Shown here: positions 1-8,606 of the stretch, one piece after another | How the letters are laid out: every line of letters begins with the position of its first letter | Position numbering within the stretch: position 1 is the stretch's first letter | From: Candidatus Micrarchaeia archaeon | GTDB lineage: Archaea; Micrarchaeota; Micrarchaeia; Micrarchaeales; Micrarchaeaceae | DNA length: 19,935 nt | Direction of reading: 5' to 3' | Assembly: GCA_049964795.1 (NCBI GenBank) | Contig: JBMFWY010000014.1 | Location: forward strand, 1-19,935 | Made by a program: the position numbers and the translations under genes | Notes under the pieces: model-generated | Seen by the model: only the letters and a program-made list of their open reading frames with translations | Database searches by the model: none | What the model was told of the DNA's origin: nothing

Positions 1-2
1 GC

Positions 3-158
3 AGTGGCATAACGGGCTTGCCTATCAGTGCTGTAGGTCTTGTCGGCTGGTACCCATTGGAAGGAAACGCCAACGACTATAGCGGCAACGGCAACAACGG
101 AGTTCCAAGCAATGTTGTTTTTGTGAGCAACTGGTGGTCTGGCTACACGCCGCCGTAA
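3..158 (+). CDS. 3' end of LamG/concanavalin-like surface protein (partial, runs off 5' edge)
   Basis: Frame 3 reads ...GLVGWYPLEGNANDYSGNGNNGVPSNVVFVSNWWSGYTPP* (TAA 156-158). LVGWYPLxGNANDxSGNGN is the typical LamG-like jelly-roll motif. Confidence 0.8.
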   Translation, partial: SGITGLPISAVGLVGWYPLEGNANDYSGNGNNGVPSNVVFVSNWWSGYTPP

Positions 159-166
159 AGTTAACC

Positions 167-206
167 TTTAACCTTTGTATATTGCTATATATGAACAAGG
201 GTTAAA
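167..206. terminator. Inverted repeat between convergent genes (possible terminator or binding site)
   Basis: TTTAACCTTTGT (167-178) and ACAAGGGTTAAA (195-206) pair over 12 bp with one G-T. Confidence 0.4.
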
Positions 207-323
207 TCGATTTACGGCTGCTAATTTCTTACAGTATTACAAATAGGGCAATAATAACAATTAATTTTAAGATATTGCTTGCTGGCGTAGAAAAGTTAGT
301 TGCAGGATATATAGTTGAAGAGC

Positions 324-1793
324 CTATCCTGCAGAATTTGTTTTTGCCGTGTATTTTGCAAGCAGCAAGTGCGCCTCTTGCCTGTGCTCGTCTATTATAT
401 TATAGCGCTCTTCTTTGTCGTTTGTGTAGTACATTTCATCCTTCTTCTTTCCGAAGAAATGAATGAGCTTAAGCCCTTCTTCTGATCCGTATATTGCTAC
501 TGAGCGCATATTGAATTTGCTCTTCGCTTTGTAGATTTTCATCGCGGTCTGCGACCTTTCTTTTAGCATGGCAAGAAGAGAATAATCCCACCCTTCGCTT
601 ATGCCTGAATGCTCGCTTATTACATAGCGATCTTTGCGGAGGTTGCCGTTCAGGTGTTCCTCCTTGCCTGTAGCAAGATTCATTATTGAATCGTGCAGAG
701 CAAGCAGGCTTACAGGATTTTCAACTAAGTCTTTTGTTTTGATTAGCTTGCCGTTTTCGAAGTTTGCACCTACAAGAGGTACTTCGACTTCGTCCTTGTA
801 TGGAAAAAGGGAATGATAGAGCATGCTATGCTCGCCAAAGAATTGCCCATGATCTGATGTAATTACTACTGTGGCGTCTTCTAGCATGCCGTGAGACTTT
901 AGCATCGAAAGGTATTCTTTCGCCTTTCTGTCCAAATAGCGAAGCCTTTCTAGATAAGCATCGTGAAGCTTTGATGAAGCATAGCTGTCGAGCTCCTCTA
1001 TGCCACTCATGTAAAGCCACTTGTCCTGCACTATGCTCTTATCGCGCACCGGATAGTTCTCATGAGCTTCTATGAAATTTGCAAATATGAAATGTGGTAG
1101 GTAGTTGTACTTTGTCTCGAAGTATTCCTTCAGGAGCCTTATTGTATCGTTAGCTCCACGGTCGAGCTTGTATGTACCATCGGCTTTGGCAACGCCTTCG
1201 TCTAGCCTAAGCCTTAGTTTGAGATAAAGGCTGTCGAAGAAGGGTTGCGGAACAAGCTTGCCTATCATATTGCTTAATGTAAAAAGCCTCTCTCTTGTCC
1301 TTACGCCTCCCTTAAGCACAAAGGAAAGCTTGTCGGCGAGGCTTCTGTTGTACTTGACATTTGAATGCATCCAAATGTCATATACCCTATCAAATCCTAT
1401 TGCAAGGTTAGTAAAGCTTGTCAAAAATGGATTGTTTGAGAATAGCACAGAGTAATAGCCCAAGGAATGAAGCTTGCTTGCTAAAGTCGCTTCGTTGCCA
1501 GACAGAAAACGGGTCTTTACAAACCAGGGCTCGATTTTTGTACCAGCCTTGAAAAAATTCTTTGAAACCCCTTTTATGCTGCTTACTTTCCTGTTTGAAA
1601 ATAGAGAGGCATGACTAGGGGCAGTCCATGTGCCAGGAGAAACTGCTATATTGTACTTTGTGGATCTGCGCGCAATGTTGTTGAGGAAAGGCATTGAACT
1701 ACTGTACGCATCAGAAGCGCGCACTGTGTCCAGCAGCAATACAATTATATTTTTGCTTTTATTGTTAATAGCGTTTTGGCGCATACTGGTCAC
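324..1793 (-). CDS. Alkaline phosphatase superfamily / sulfatase-like hydrolase or transferase
   Basis: Motifs NIIVLLLDTVRA, WTAPSHASLFS, NFIEAHENY and ITSDHGQFFGEH. Start is GTG 1793 or ATG 1784. Confidence 0.85.
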   Translation of the reverse strand: MTSMRQNAINNKSKNIIVLLLDTVRASDAYSSSMPFLNNIARRSTKYNIAVSPGTWTAPSHASLFSNRKVSSIKGVSKNFFKAGTKIEPWFVKTRFLSGNEATLASKLHSLGYYSVLFSNNPFLTSFTNLAIGFDRVYDIWMHSNVKYNRSLADKLSFVLKGGVRTRERLFTLSNMIGKLVPQPFFDSLYLKLRLRLDEGVAKADGTYKLDRGANDTIRLLKEYFETKYNYLPHFIFANFIEAHENYPVRDKSIVQDKWLYMSGIEELDSYASSKLHDAYLERLRYLDRKAKEYLSMLKSHGMLEDATVVITSDHGQFFGEHSMLYHSLFPYKDEVEVPLVGANFENGKLIKTKDLVENPVSLLALHDSIMNLATGKEEHLNGNLRKDRYVISEHSGISEGWDYSLLAMLKERSQTAMKIYKAKSKFNMRSVAIYGSEEGLKLIHFFGKKKDEMYYTNDKEERYNIIDEHRQEAHLLLAKYTAKTNSAG

Positions 1794-1807
1794 GCATTAG
1801 GTTCTGA

Positions 1808-1824
1808 AACCCTTTATATAATTT
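1808..1824. promoter_or_regulatory. Archaeal TATA box in the divergent sulfatase/GT4 intergenic region
   Basis: AACCCTTTATATAATTT lies between the two divergent starts and can be read on both strands. Confidence 0.5.
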
Positions 1825-1886
1825 GCGCTGAAACGGTTAAAGCAGTCAATGAAACCGTTTCAGACATAAGGATGTGTTGTGAGTCG

Positions 1887-3038
1887 ATGAAAATTTGTGT
1901 TCTAAATCCGTTTTACTATCCTTACCTTGGTGGCACAGAGAAGGTGCTTTTTGAACTTTATAGCAGGATTGCACGGAGAAACGAGGTATGCGTAGTGTCT
2001 GCTACGCTGCGCGAAAATCCCCATGAAGGCGAAGAGGAGATTAACGGAGTTAGAGTAATACGACTTAAAACAAGGTATATTGATTTGCCGGGATTGCCTA
2101 TGGCGATGCCCATAATCTACGGAGTGCCTAAGGTTATTGTGGAGGAGAGTGCGGACATATACCACATAAACAACAGGTATCTTTATTATCACGACACGCT
2201 AAGCGCGATTACCAAATCGAAAGGCAAGCTTGCGATAACATTGCACAATGCATTGCCTAGAGGTATAAACGCGTTCACTGATTTTGGGGGCCTTGCATAT
2301 GACCTTTTTTGGGGGAGAAACATAATGAACAGGTCGGACACTATTATAGGCATAACGCAGAATGTGGTAGACACTACCGTACCAAAAAACCTCCTCTGGA
2401 AAACCTCTGTGGTATTCAACGGTATAGATTATAATAGGTTTAAGGAAAGAAAGAAGGGAAAAGGCTCTGAAAAAATAAGCACCATAAAGGAGGAATTCGA
2501 GAATAAACGCATAGTGCTTAACGTTGCAAGGCTTACTTGGCAGAAAGGACAGCGTTACTTAATTAAGGCTTTTGCGGAACTTGCAAGAGAACACAGTGAT
2601 CTTTTCCTAATTATTATAGGCAGGGGTCCGTTGCAGCCTTTCCTATACAAAGAAGCGAAAAGGTATGGCGTAGAAAAACACTTTAGGATACTTTCGAATA
2701 TAAGTGAGGAGATGCTTCCTTACTACTATAACGCGGCAAGCGTATTTGCTTTGCCTTCCCTTTATGAGCCAGCTTCGGTAGCCCTTCTTGAGGCGCTTGC
2801 AAGCAAAGTGCCGGCAGTTGCATCTAGAATAGGAGGCATACCTGAAATGATGAAAGATGCAGGAAGGTACTGCAAACCAAATGACAGCGAGGATCTCGCA
2901 AAAAAGATGGAAAGTGCATTGGAAGAGAAATCGCTTTCTTTGCGACTTTCTGAGAAAGGCAGAAGGCTCATGAAGAAAGAACATGATTGGAACAAAATTG
3001 CAAATAAATATGAAGCTTTGTTCAAGAATATATTGTAA
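1887..3038 (+). CDS. Glycosyltransferase family 4 (GT-B)
   Basis: Motifs MKICVLNPFYYPYLGGTE, VARLTWQKG and PSLYEPASVALLEALAS (E-x7-E). Start moved to ATG 1887 because the ORF-track extension overlaps the divergent gene. Confidence 0.93.
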   Translation: MKICVLNPFYYPYLGGTEKVLFELYSRIARRNEVCVVSATLRENPHEGEEEINGVRVIRLKTRYIDLPGLPMAMPIIYGVPKVIVEESADIYHINNRYLYYHDTLSAITKSKGKLAITLHNALPRGINAFTDFGGLAYDLFWGRNIMNRSDTIIGITQNVVDTTVPKNLLWKTSVVFNGIDYNRFKERKKGKGSEKISTIKEEFENKRIVLNVARLTWQKGQRYLIKAFAELAREHSDLFLIIIGRGPLQPFLYKEAKRYGVEKHFRILSNISEEMLPYYYNAASVFALPSLYEPASVALLEALASKVPAVASRIGGIPEMMKDAGRYCKPNDSEDLAKKMESALEEKSLSLRLSEKGRRLMKKEHDWNKIANKYEALFKNIL

Positions 3039-3088
3039 GAAAAGCAAACAAACTGCACAATTTTTTCAAATTTTAGAAAAATGAGAGG

Positions 3089-4153
3089 ATGGCGAAAAAA
3101 AGTTCTGTTTGGAGCGACCTCAAGAATAAAAAAGAGGTGAGCCGAGAGGAGTATATAAAGATAGTCAAGAGAGTCAGGTATTTTATTGTGGCAGGCCTTG
3201 CGGCGAGCCTCGCGGTGTTCCTTGGGATAGCACTTTTTGGCGGAATATACAAAGTAAGCGACATTATAGCCAGCATGAATTTCTATATTTACGCGATTGC
3301 TTTGCTTCTCGTATTTGTTAGCTACATAATAAGATTCGCAAAATGGGATTACTATCTAAAGAAGTTGGGATTACGCGTACCGTTGAAGGAAAACATGATG
3401 GTATACCTCTCGCTCTATTCAATGAATATAACCCCAGGAAAGATAGGCAGAGTAGTCTCTGCATATACCCTGAGCAAAATCTCCGGAATAAAAGTCGCAA
3501 AGATAGTGCCTGCTGTAACAATGGATATATTCACTGATTTTATAGGCTTTGCTGTTTTTGCCCTGCTTTTCAGCATATACGCGCATAGATTTGTGATTTA
3601 TATCCTTGCTGCTGATATTGTGCTTCTGCTTCCTTTTGTTTTCGTAACGCATGATTGGCTCTATCAAAAGTTGAAGAATGCGTTTAAACGCTTCAGGAGA
3701 AACCAGTATTTTGGCTTGTTCAGCGTCTATGGAGATGAATATTTCTCATCGCAAAGTGACTTGAACAACTTCAAAACTTATGCATATTCTCTCCTTGTTA
3801 CGCTGCCTGCCGACTTCCTTGTGGGACTTGCACTTTTTATAACTCTTTCCTCATTTGGCATAACCGCGCCGATCGGCGCAACTATCTTCGTTTACTCTTC
3901 ATCGCAGCTTTTTGGAATGGTTTCGGGCTTGCCGGGAAGTATAGGAGTAAGCGATGGGACACTCGTTGCGATGGTTGGAGGAGTATTCAATCTCAACGCG
4001 ATGGCAAGCTCTGCAGCAACTATAATGACAAGGGTTGCAACGCTCTGGCTTGGAGTCCTGATAGGCTCTGCGTTCCTTTTCTACACGCTGAAGTACTGGG
4101 ATCTGCCTGAAAAAAGCAGAAGGAGCAGAAAGAAGAGACAACAAACAGGATAA
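3089..4153 (+). CDS. Lysylphosphatidylglycerol synthase TM / AglD2 flippase-like membrane protein
   Basis: Multiple hydrophobic helices; motifs IRFAKW, NITPGKIG, LPGSIGVSDG and R-x-ATLW; adjacent to GT4. Confidence 0.85.
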   Translation: MAKKSSVWSDLKNKKEVSREEYIKIVKRVRYFIVAGLAASLAVFLGIALFGGIYKVSDIIASMNFYIYAIALLLVFVSYIIRFAKWDYYLKKLGLRVPLKENMMVYLSLYSMNITPGKIGRVVSAYTLSKISGIKVAKIVPAVTMDIFTDFIGFAVFALLFSIYAHRFVIYILAADIVLLLPFVFVTHDWLYQKLKNAFKRFRRNQYFGLFSVYGDEYFSSQSDLNNFKTYAYSLLVTLPADFLVGLALFITLSSFGITAPIGATIFVYSSSQLFGMVSGLPGSIGVSDGTLVAMVGGVFNLNAMASSAATIMTRVATLWLGVLIGSAFLFYTLKYWDLPEKSRRSRKKRQQTG

Positions 4154-4199
4154 AGCAAGAGAAACAAAAAGAAGAAGTTACTTACTTAGTAAAAGCGCA

Positions 4200-4562
4200 T
4201 TACATTTCTTCCTCTGGCGCGTCGTCTACGTCTTCGCTTCCGAAGTCGGAGGGCTCGCTTTCGCCGCTTCCTTTCTCCTTGACAGTTATTTTGCCAAATT
4301 TTCCGGTTGAAAGCTGAGGCGTTCCGCGAAACTCGTTTACATAACCGTTCGATACTTCTATTGTGTCTCCTACGCTAACGGTATTTATGTCGTTTCCCCA
4401 CAAGGACATTTTTATCGTTCCTGTGGAGTCTTCAAGCACTACATCAGCAACGCTCAGCCTTTTTCCGTACTTGGTTATGACCTCACGAGGCTCGCTCTTT
4501 TCCTTTACTTTAGCAACAATTGTGACGTTGCTGGCGCCAGCTTTTAGTTCATTGATATTCAT
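4200..4562 (-). CDS. ssb: Single-stranded DNA-binding protein (single OB fold, acidic tail)
   Basis: Motifs INELKAG, DSTGTIKMSLW and NGYVNEFRGTPQLSTGKFG, followed by an acidic C-terminal tail. Resembles crenarchaeal-type SSB/RPA. Confidence 0.88.
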   Translation of the reverse strand: MNINELKAGASNVTIVAKVKEKSEPREVITKYGKRLSVADVVLEDSTGTIKMSLWGNDINTVSVGDTIEVSNGYVNEFRGTPQLSTGKFGKITVKEKGSGESEPSDFGSEDVDDAPEEEM

Positions 4563-4831
4563 TCAATACGCCCGAATAAGTTTACTCCTACTATATGTTC
4601 AAAAAGTTATTTAAATGTGCTTGATGCGAGTTGCAAGCGTTTTTTACACTTTATTTTGATTTCTGCCTATTTCTCTTTGCAGTTTGCTTGCACGGATTGT
4701 TCTTGTAGCGACGCATTTATAGGGAAAAGATGGAAGAAGCAATGATATAAGGCTTGCAGGCCTTTTGCAAAAACGCATTTGGAGAGGTAAAGACTTTTAA
4801 ACCTTGTCATTTTATAGCTTCTTGTGGTATC

Positions 4832-6025
4832 ATGTCGAAATGGGGAGAACTTGCACCATATTGGTTCTTGCTTTTTACGATAGGGTTTGGATGGTTTATA
4901 CTGGCACCGCTGTTGCCTGCGCTGACAAAAGCGCTCTCTACAGGGCTTGCAAACGTACTGCTGATAATTTCATCCTATGGATACACTATGGTAATACTGG
5001 GTTTGCTTGCGGGCTATATCTCTGCTAAATTCACGGTTAAGAGCGCGCTTTATTCAGCTATGGTAATATCAATAATAGGCTTTATTGGAAGGGCAGTTTC
5101 TCCAAACTACATCTCGTTTCTTATATTCGGCATAATAGCGGCAATCGCGTATCCTCTTGCCATGGCCCCGGTGGGCACCGTGGCAGGCTCCATATACAAG
5201 GAGAAGTCGCACACGATCATAGGCATTAGCGTAGGAATGCTGTTCCTTGGGATGGCGGTCGGAGCGCTTCTTGGGCCATATATTTTTGAAGGATTTGGAC
5301 TTTCCGGCACACTGTGGCTGACAGTAGTGCTCGCAATACTCGCGGCAATATGGCTTCCTTTCAAGGTCAAGGATTACCCAACATACTACAAAGGAAAATC
5401 GCTGCATGGCTCATTCAAGCTGGGCATGATAAAGAACTGGTATGTCGGGCTTGCAATTGCCTCAATGTCTGTAATGTTTGGTAGCATTGCATCTACGGTG
5501 CTTTTGTTGCACAAGCTACCGTTGGGCGCGGCGCTGGGCTATGGAGGGCTTTTCGGAGGGCTGGCCTTTCTTGGTTCGGCACTGGGAGCGATAATATTGC
5601 CTCCGGTATTTGAAAAGTACAAAGCAGTAAAAGCAGGCTTGATTACAACGGGAGTGCTTAGCTTTGTTTTTGTTGCTACAATGGCGCTTACACTTTCCTA
5701 CACGAGCATGATTGCGATAATAGCGCTAGCATATTTCCTGTTTGGCTTCTTTGGTAACGCGTACTGGTCAATGGCAATGACATCGACCACAAACTACGTT
5801 GAAGATCCTGCCAAAGCAGGATTTGCAACTTCTATGTTCAGTGTAGCAACGAACCTTGGAGTTGCTATAATACCAGTTTTCCTCGGGGTAGAATTCGGGA
5901 GCATGAGCACAATAGCAGTAGGAGTAAGCGCTGTGCTGGTAATAGAAGTAGTGGCAATGATACTTGCACCAATGCTGCGGGAAAGGTCCATGCATGAGTC
6001 GACTTCGAAGAAGAGAAGGAAATAA
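4832..6025 (+). CDS. MFS transporter
   Basis: About 12 hydrophobic segments; GYISAKFTVK resembles motif A. Start moved to ATG 4832, downstream of TATA-like TTTTAAA at ~4795. Confidence 0.88.
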   Translation: MSKWGELAPYWFLLFTIGFGWFILAPLLPALTKALSTGLANVLLIISSYGYTMVILGLLAGYISAKFTVKSALYSAMVISIIGFIGRAVSPNYISFLIFGIIAAIAYPLAMAPVGTVAGSIYKEKSHTIIGISVGMLFLGMAVGALLGPYIFEGFGLSGTLWLTVVLAILAAIWLPFKVKDYPTYYKGKSLHGSFKLGMIKNWYVGLAIASMSVMFGSIASTVLLLHKLPLGAALGYGGLFGGLAFLGSALGAIILPPVFEKYKAVKAGLITTGVLSFVFVATMALTLSYTSMIAIIALAYFLFGFFGNAYWSMAMTSTTNYVEDPAKAGFATSMFSVATNLGVAIIPVFLGVEFGSMSTIAVGVSAVLVIEVVAMILAPMLRERSMHESTSKKRRK

Positions 6026-6029
6026 TAGC

Positions 6030-6086
6030 TTTAGATATTTTTATTCTTTTTTATTTTGATTCTTTGTATTTCTCTTTTTCTTAGTT
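6030..6086 (+). terminator. Oligo-T tract terminator region
   Basis: Repeated T-runs directly after the MFS stop, between convergent genes. Confidence 0.45.
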
Positions 6087-7157
6087 TCACTTGTTGATAG
6101 CCTTTTCTACTTCGGATGCGGAAGATATGGCAATGCCTCTTGCATCTACAGCATACTTGTTTAGCCGTTGTATTTCTAGTACTACTTTAATATTATTTTC
6201 AACCCCTGCAATTAGCGCATTTACCCTTTCAAGATTTGGAGTGGAAAACTTTTCCGAGCTAATACTAAGCTTTGCTTCGGTGTTATTTATTGCTTTTTCT
6301 AGAGAAAGAGTAAGGAAATGAGGCACTACTTGCACTACCGCCATGGCCTTTTCATGCTCATCCAATGAAACAATTTCAGGGGTTATGCCCATTTCTGAAT
6401 AAAAAGAAGAAACCTCTTCTGCATTTGTGTTGGATTCTGCGTTATCTGATATTATTGCTATCTTGCGCCCTATAGGCATCGCCTCGCCTCCGAAAAGTGG
6501 ATGCGTACTCACGTATCTGAATTTTAAGGATTCGGAAAGTGTCTTCATTATTTCGTATATTGGGTGCTTTGCAGAGGCAATGTCCATGACGAGCTTGCCG
6601 CTTGCGCCTTTCAAAGCATTTTCTACAAAACCGCTTTCAAAAGCGTCAGGCGAAAGCGCAACTACTATATATTCAGAACTGGAGACTGCTGAACCTATAG
6701 GCGCGCTTGTGCACCCCAAAGAATTAGCCAGTGTGCTAGCCTTGCCGCCGTCTCTTCCCGTTATAGTTACGCTGTTGCCGGCGTTGAGCATGACCCAGGC
6801 AAGCACCTTTGCCATAGAGCCGTAGCCGATTATGCATATGGAATGCCTGCGGCTGCTCTTTACCTCACGCACCTTTGAATAAGGGAAAATTACACTCACT
6901 ACAGAACCAGCAAGACCCGGAGGCAAGCCTAGCGAGTGGCCCATACCTTCCCATTTCTCAACTACTTTGGCCTCCCTCCCTGAATCAGTTACAGCAATGC
7001 CGTGCTTTTTCTTCAGTTCGCCTACTTCGCTTACTACTTCCATGCGCTTTGCGAGCAGTTGCACTATCTCGCTGTCAATACCATCTATCTTAAGCCTCAA
7101 TGATTCGAGCTCTTTTGAAACTTTGGAGTCCGCTTCGCCGCCGTTTGTTCCGTTCAT
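6087..7157 (-). CDS. tyrA: Bifunctional chorismate mutase / prephenate dehydrogenase (TyrA-like)
   Basis: N-terminal AroQ motif LRLKIDGID..LLAKR..K..D..RE; Rossmann IIGYGSMA; DIASAK, THPLFG and EHEKAMAVVQVVPH. Confidence 0.85.
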   Translation of the reverse strand: MNGTNGGEADSKVSKELESLRLKIDGIDSEIVQLLAKRMEVVSEVGELKKKHGIAVTDSGREAKVVEKWEGMGHSLGLPPGLAGSVVSVIFPYSKVREVKSSRRHSICIIGYGSMAKVLAWVMLNAGNSVTITGRDGGKASTLANSLGCTSAPIGSAVSSSEYIVVALSPDAFESGFVENALKGASGKLVMDIASAKHPIYEIMKTLSESLKFRYVSTHPLFGGEAMPIGRKIAIISDNAESNTNAEEVSSFYSEMGITPEIVSLDEHEKAMAVVQVVPHFLTLSLEKAINNTEAKLSISSEKFSTPNLERVNALIAGVENNIKVVLEIQRLNKYAVDARGIAISSASEVEKAINK

Positions 7158-8482
7158 ATTATAGCACCGTTTTTCTTTAGAAGATGCTGAAGCATTTTTA
7201 CGTCTATGCTATTCGCGGACTTTCTTGAATTAATAGAGAGATATGCCGCGGTTGCTGCTGCCTGCCCCATCGCAAGGGCTGCGCCGCTTATCCTCGCACT
7301 CGCTTGCGCCTCAAACTCAGCGCTAAGGCACCTGCCAACTGCAAAAAGGTTGTCAACGCCTTTTACAACAATAGAACGATAGGGTATTTGATACCAAGAA
7401 TCATCGCCTCCCTTAAGATGCGTATAATAATTACCGAGCAAAGGATCGTGCATTTCTATCGCGTGCCCACATCTTGCAATCGCATCCTCAAATCTCCTAT
7501 TTTCAATTACATCCTCCTTGGTTAGCACGTACTCTCCTTCTGCACGCCTTGTCTCGCGCAAGCCGAGATAAGAAGCAGAATCAACAATATAAGAATCTTC
7601 AAAGCCAGGTATGCTCTCCTTCATAAAATTAAATACAGAATATGCCTGGCGCCTAAGATCTTCAAGCACTGAAGAGATTTCCTTGCCATCTGTAAAATCG
7701 CCAATAGGAGCGTGAGTTGCATTGCAGACCATTTCTCCATGTTGCGATGTGTTGAACATGAAAATGTTATCGGAATGAGGAAGGTAAAGTTTCCCATTTT
7801 TCTTTGCCGAGTCAAGAGCTGGCTTAAGTATATGAAGCCTGTCTATGTCTCCGTTTTTGCGCAGATTTATAGATGCGAGATTATTTTTTAATTTAGCATA
7901 CTTTACAAACTCCTTTTCTTTTATTCCTCCGATCCTGAAAGGAAGAGTAGTTTCTTGATGATAACCTTTCCCTTCCCTTCCTGACATGTATTTCAAGTGG
8001 AGCCTGTATGCAAGATCTGCATCTCCACTTGCATCTGCAAACGCCTTGCCATATATCCTTTTTACTCCGTCTTTGCCTGAAATCTCTACATATTTTACTT
8101 TTTTGCCTTGCATTTTTGCATCTGTAACAAGAGAACTGAAATAGCAATCGACATTAAGAGCTTTCGCCATTTCACCCAAAATATATTCCATCTCTGCAGG
8201 CCTGAAAGGTATTAGATTGCCACTTTTGCCTATTGTGCCTCCCGCTTTTTTCAGCTTTTTTATTATTTCATCGGCTATGCCTCCCACGATTTTCGTCTTG
8301 CCTGAATAAGTGTATATGCCAAGCATTGAAAGAACATATGCATTAGTCCAATTTCCGCCAAGCATTCCGTGCCTTTCTATTATTGCTGCACGCATGCCTA
8401 GCTTAGCTGCAGAAAAAGCCGCCCCGATCCCAGCAGGACCTCCGCCTACTGCAACAAGATCATACATAGGCATGGTTTGCAT
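7154..8482 (-). CDS. FAD-dependent oxidoreductase (FAD_oxidored family)
   Basis: Motifs YDLVAVGGGPAG, DASGDADL, GLRETRR, YQIPYRS and AVGRCLS. Start is ATG 8482 or 8473. Stop overlaps the next start (ATGA). Confidence 0.88.
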   Translation of the reverse strand: MQTMPMYDLVAVGGGPAGIGAAFSAAKLGMRAAIIERHGMLGGNWTNAYVLSMLGIYTYSGKTKIVGGIADEIIKKLKKAGGTIGKSGNLIPFRPAEMEYILGEMAKALNVDCYFSSLVTDAKMQGKKVKYVEISGKDGVKRIYGKAFADASGDADLAYRLHLKYMSGREGKGYHQETTLPFRIGGIKEKEFVKYAKLKNNLASINLRKNGDIDRLHILKPALDSAKKNGKLYLPHSDNIFMFNTSQHGEMVCNATHAPIGDFTDGKEISSVLEDLRRQAYSVFNFMKESIPGFEDSYIVDSASYLGLRETRRAEGEYVLTKEDVIENRRFEDAIARCGHAIEMHDPLLGNYYTHLKGGDDSWYQIPYRSIVVKGVDNLFAVGRCLSAEFEAQASARISGAALAMGQAAATAAYLSINSRKSANSIDVKMLQHLLKKNGAII

Positions 8483-8606
8483 GCTCAAAAAAATGATATA
8501 AGCCTTGCGAAGTTTTATGCGGATACAAGTAAACAATACTTCAGCTTAGGAAAGTAAATGGTAGATTCCAGCAAAGCAATGAAGTAGAAATTTAGAGAGG
8601 TATAGT

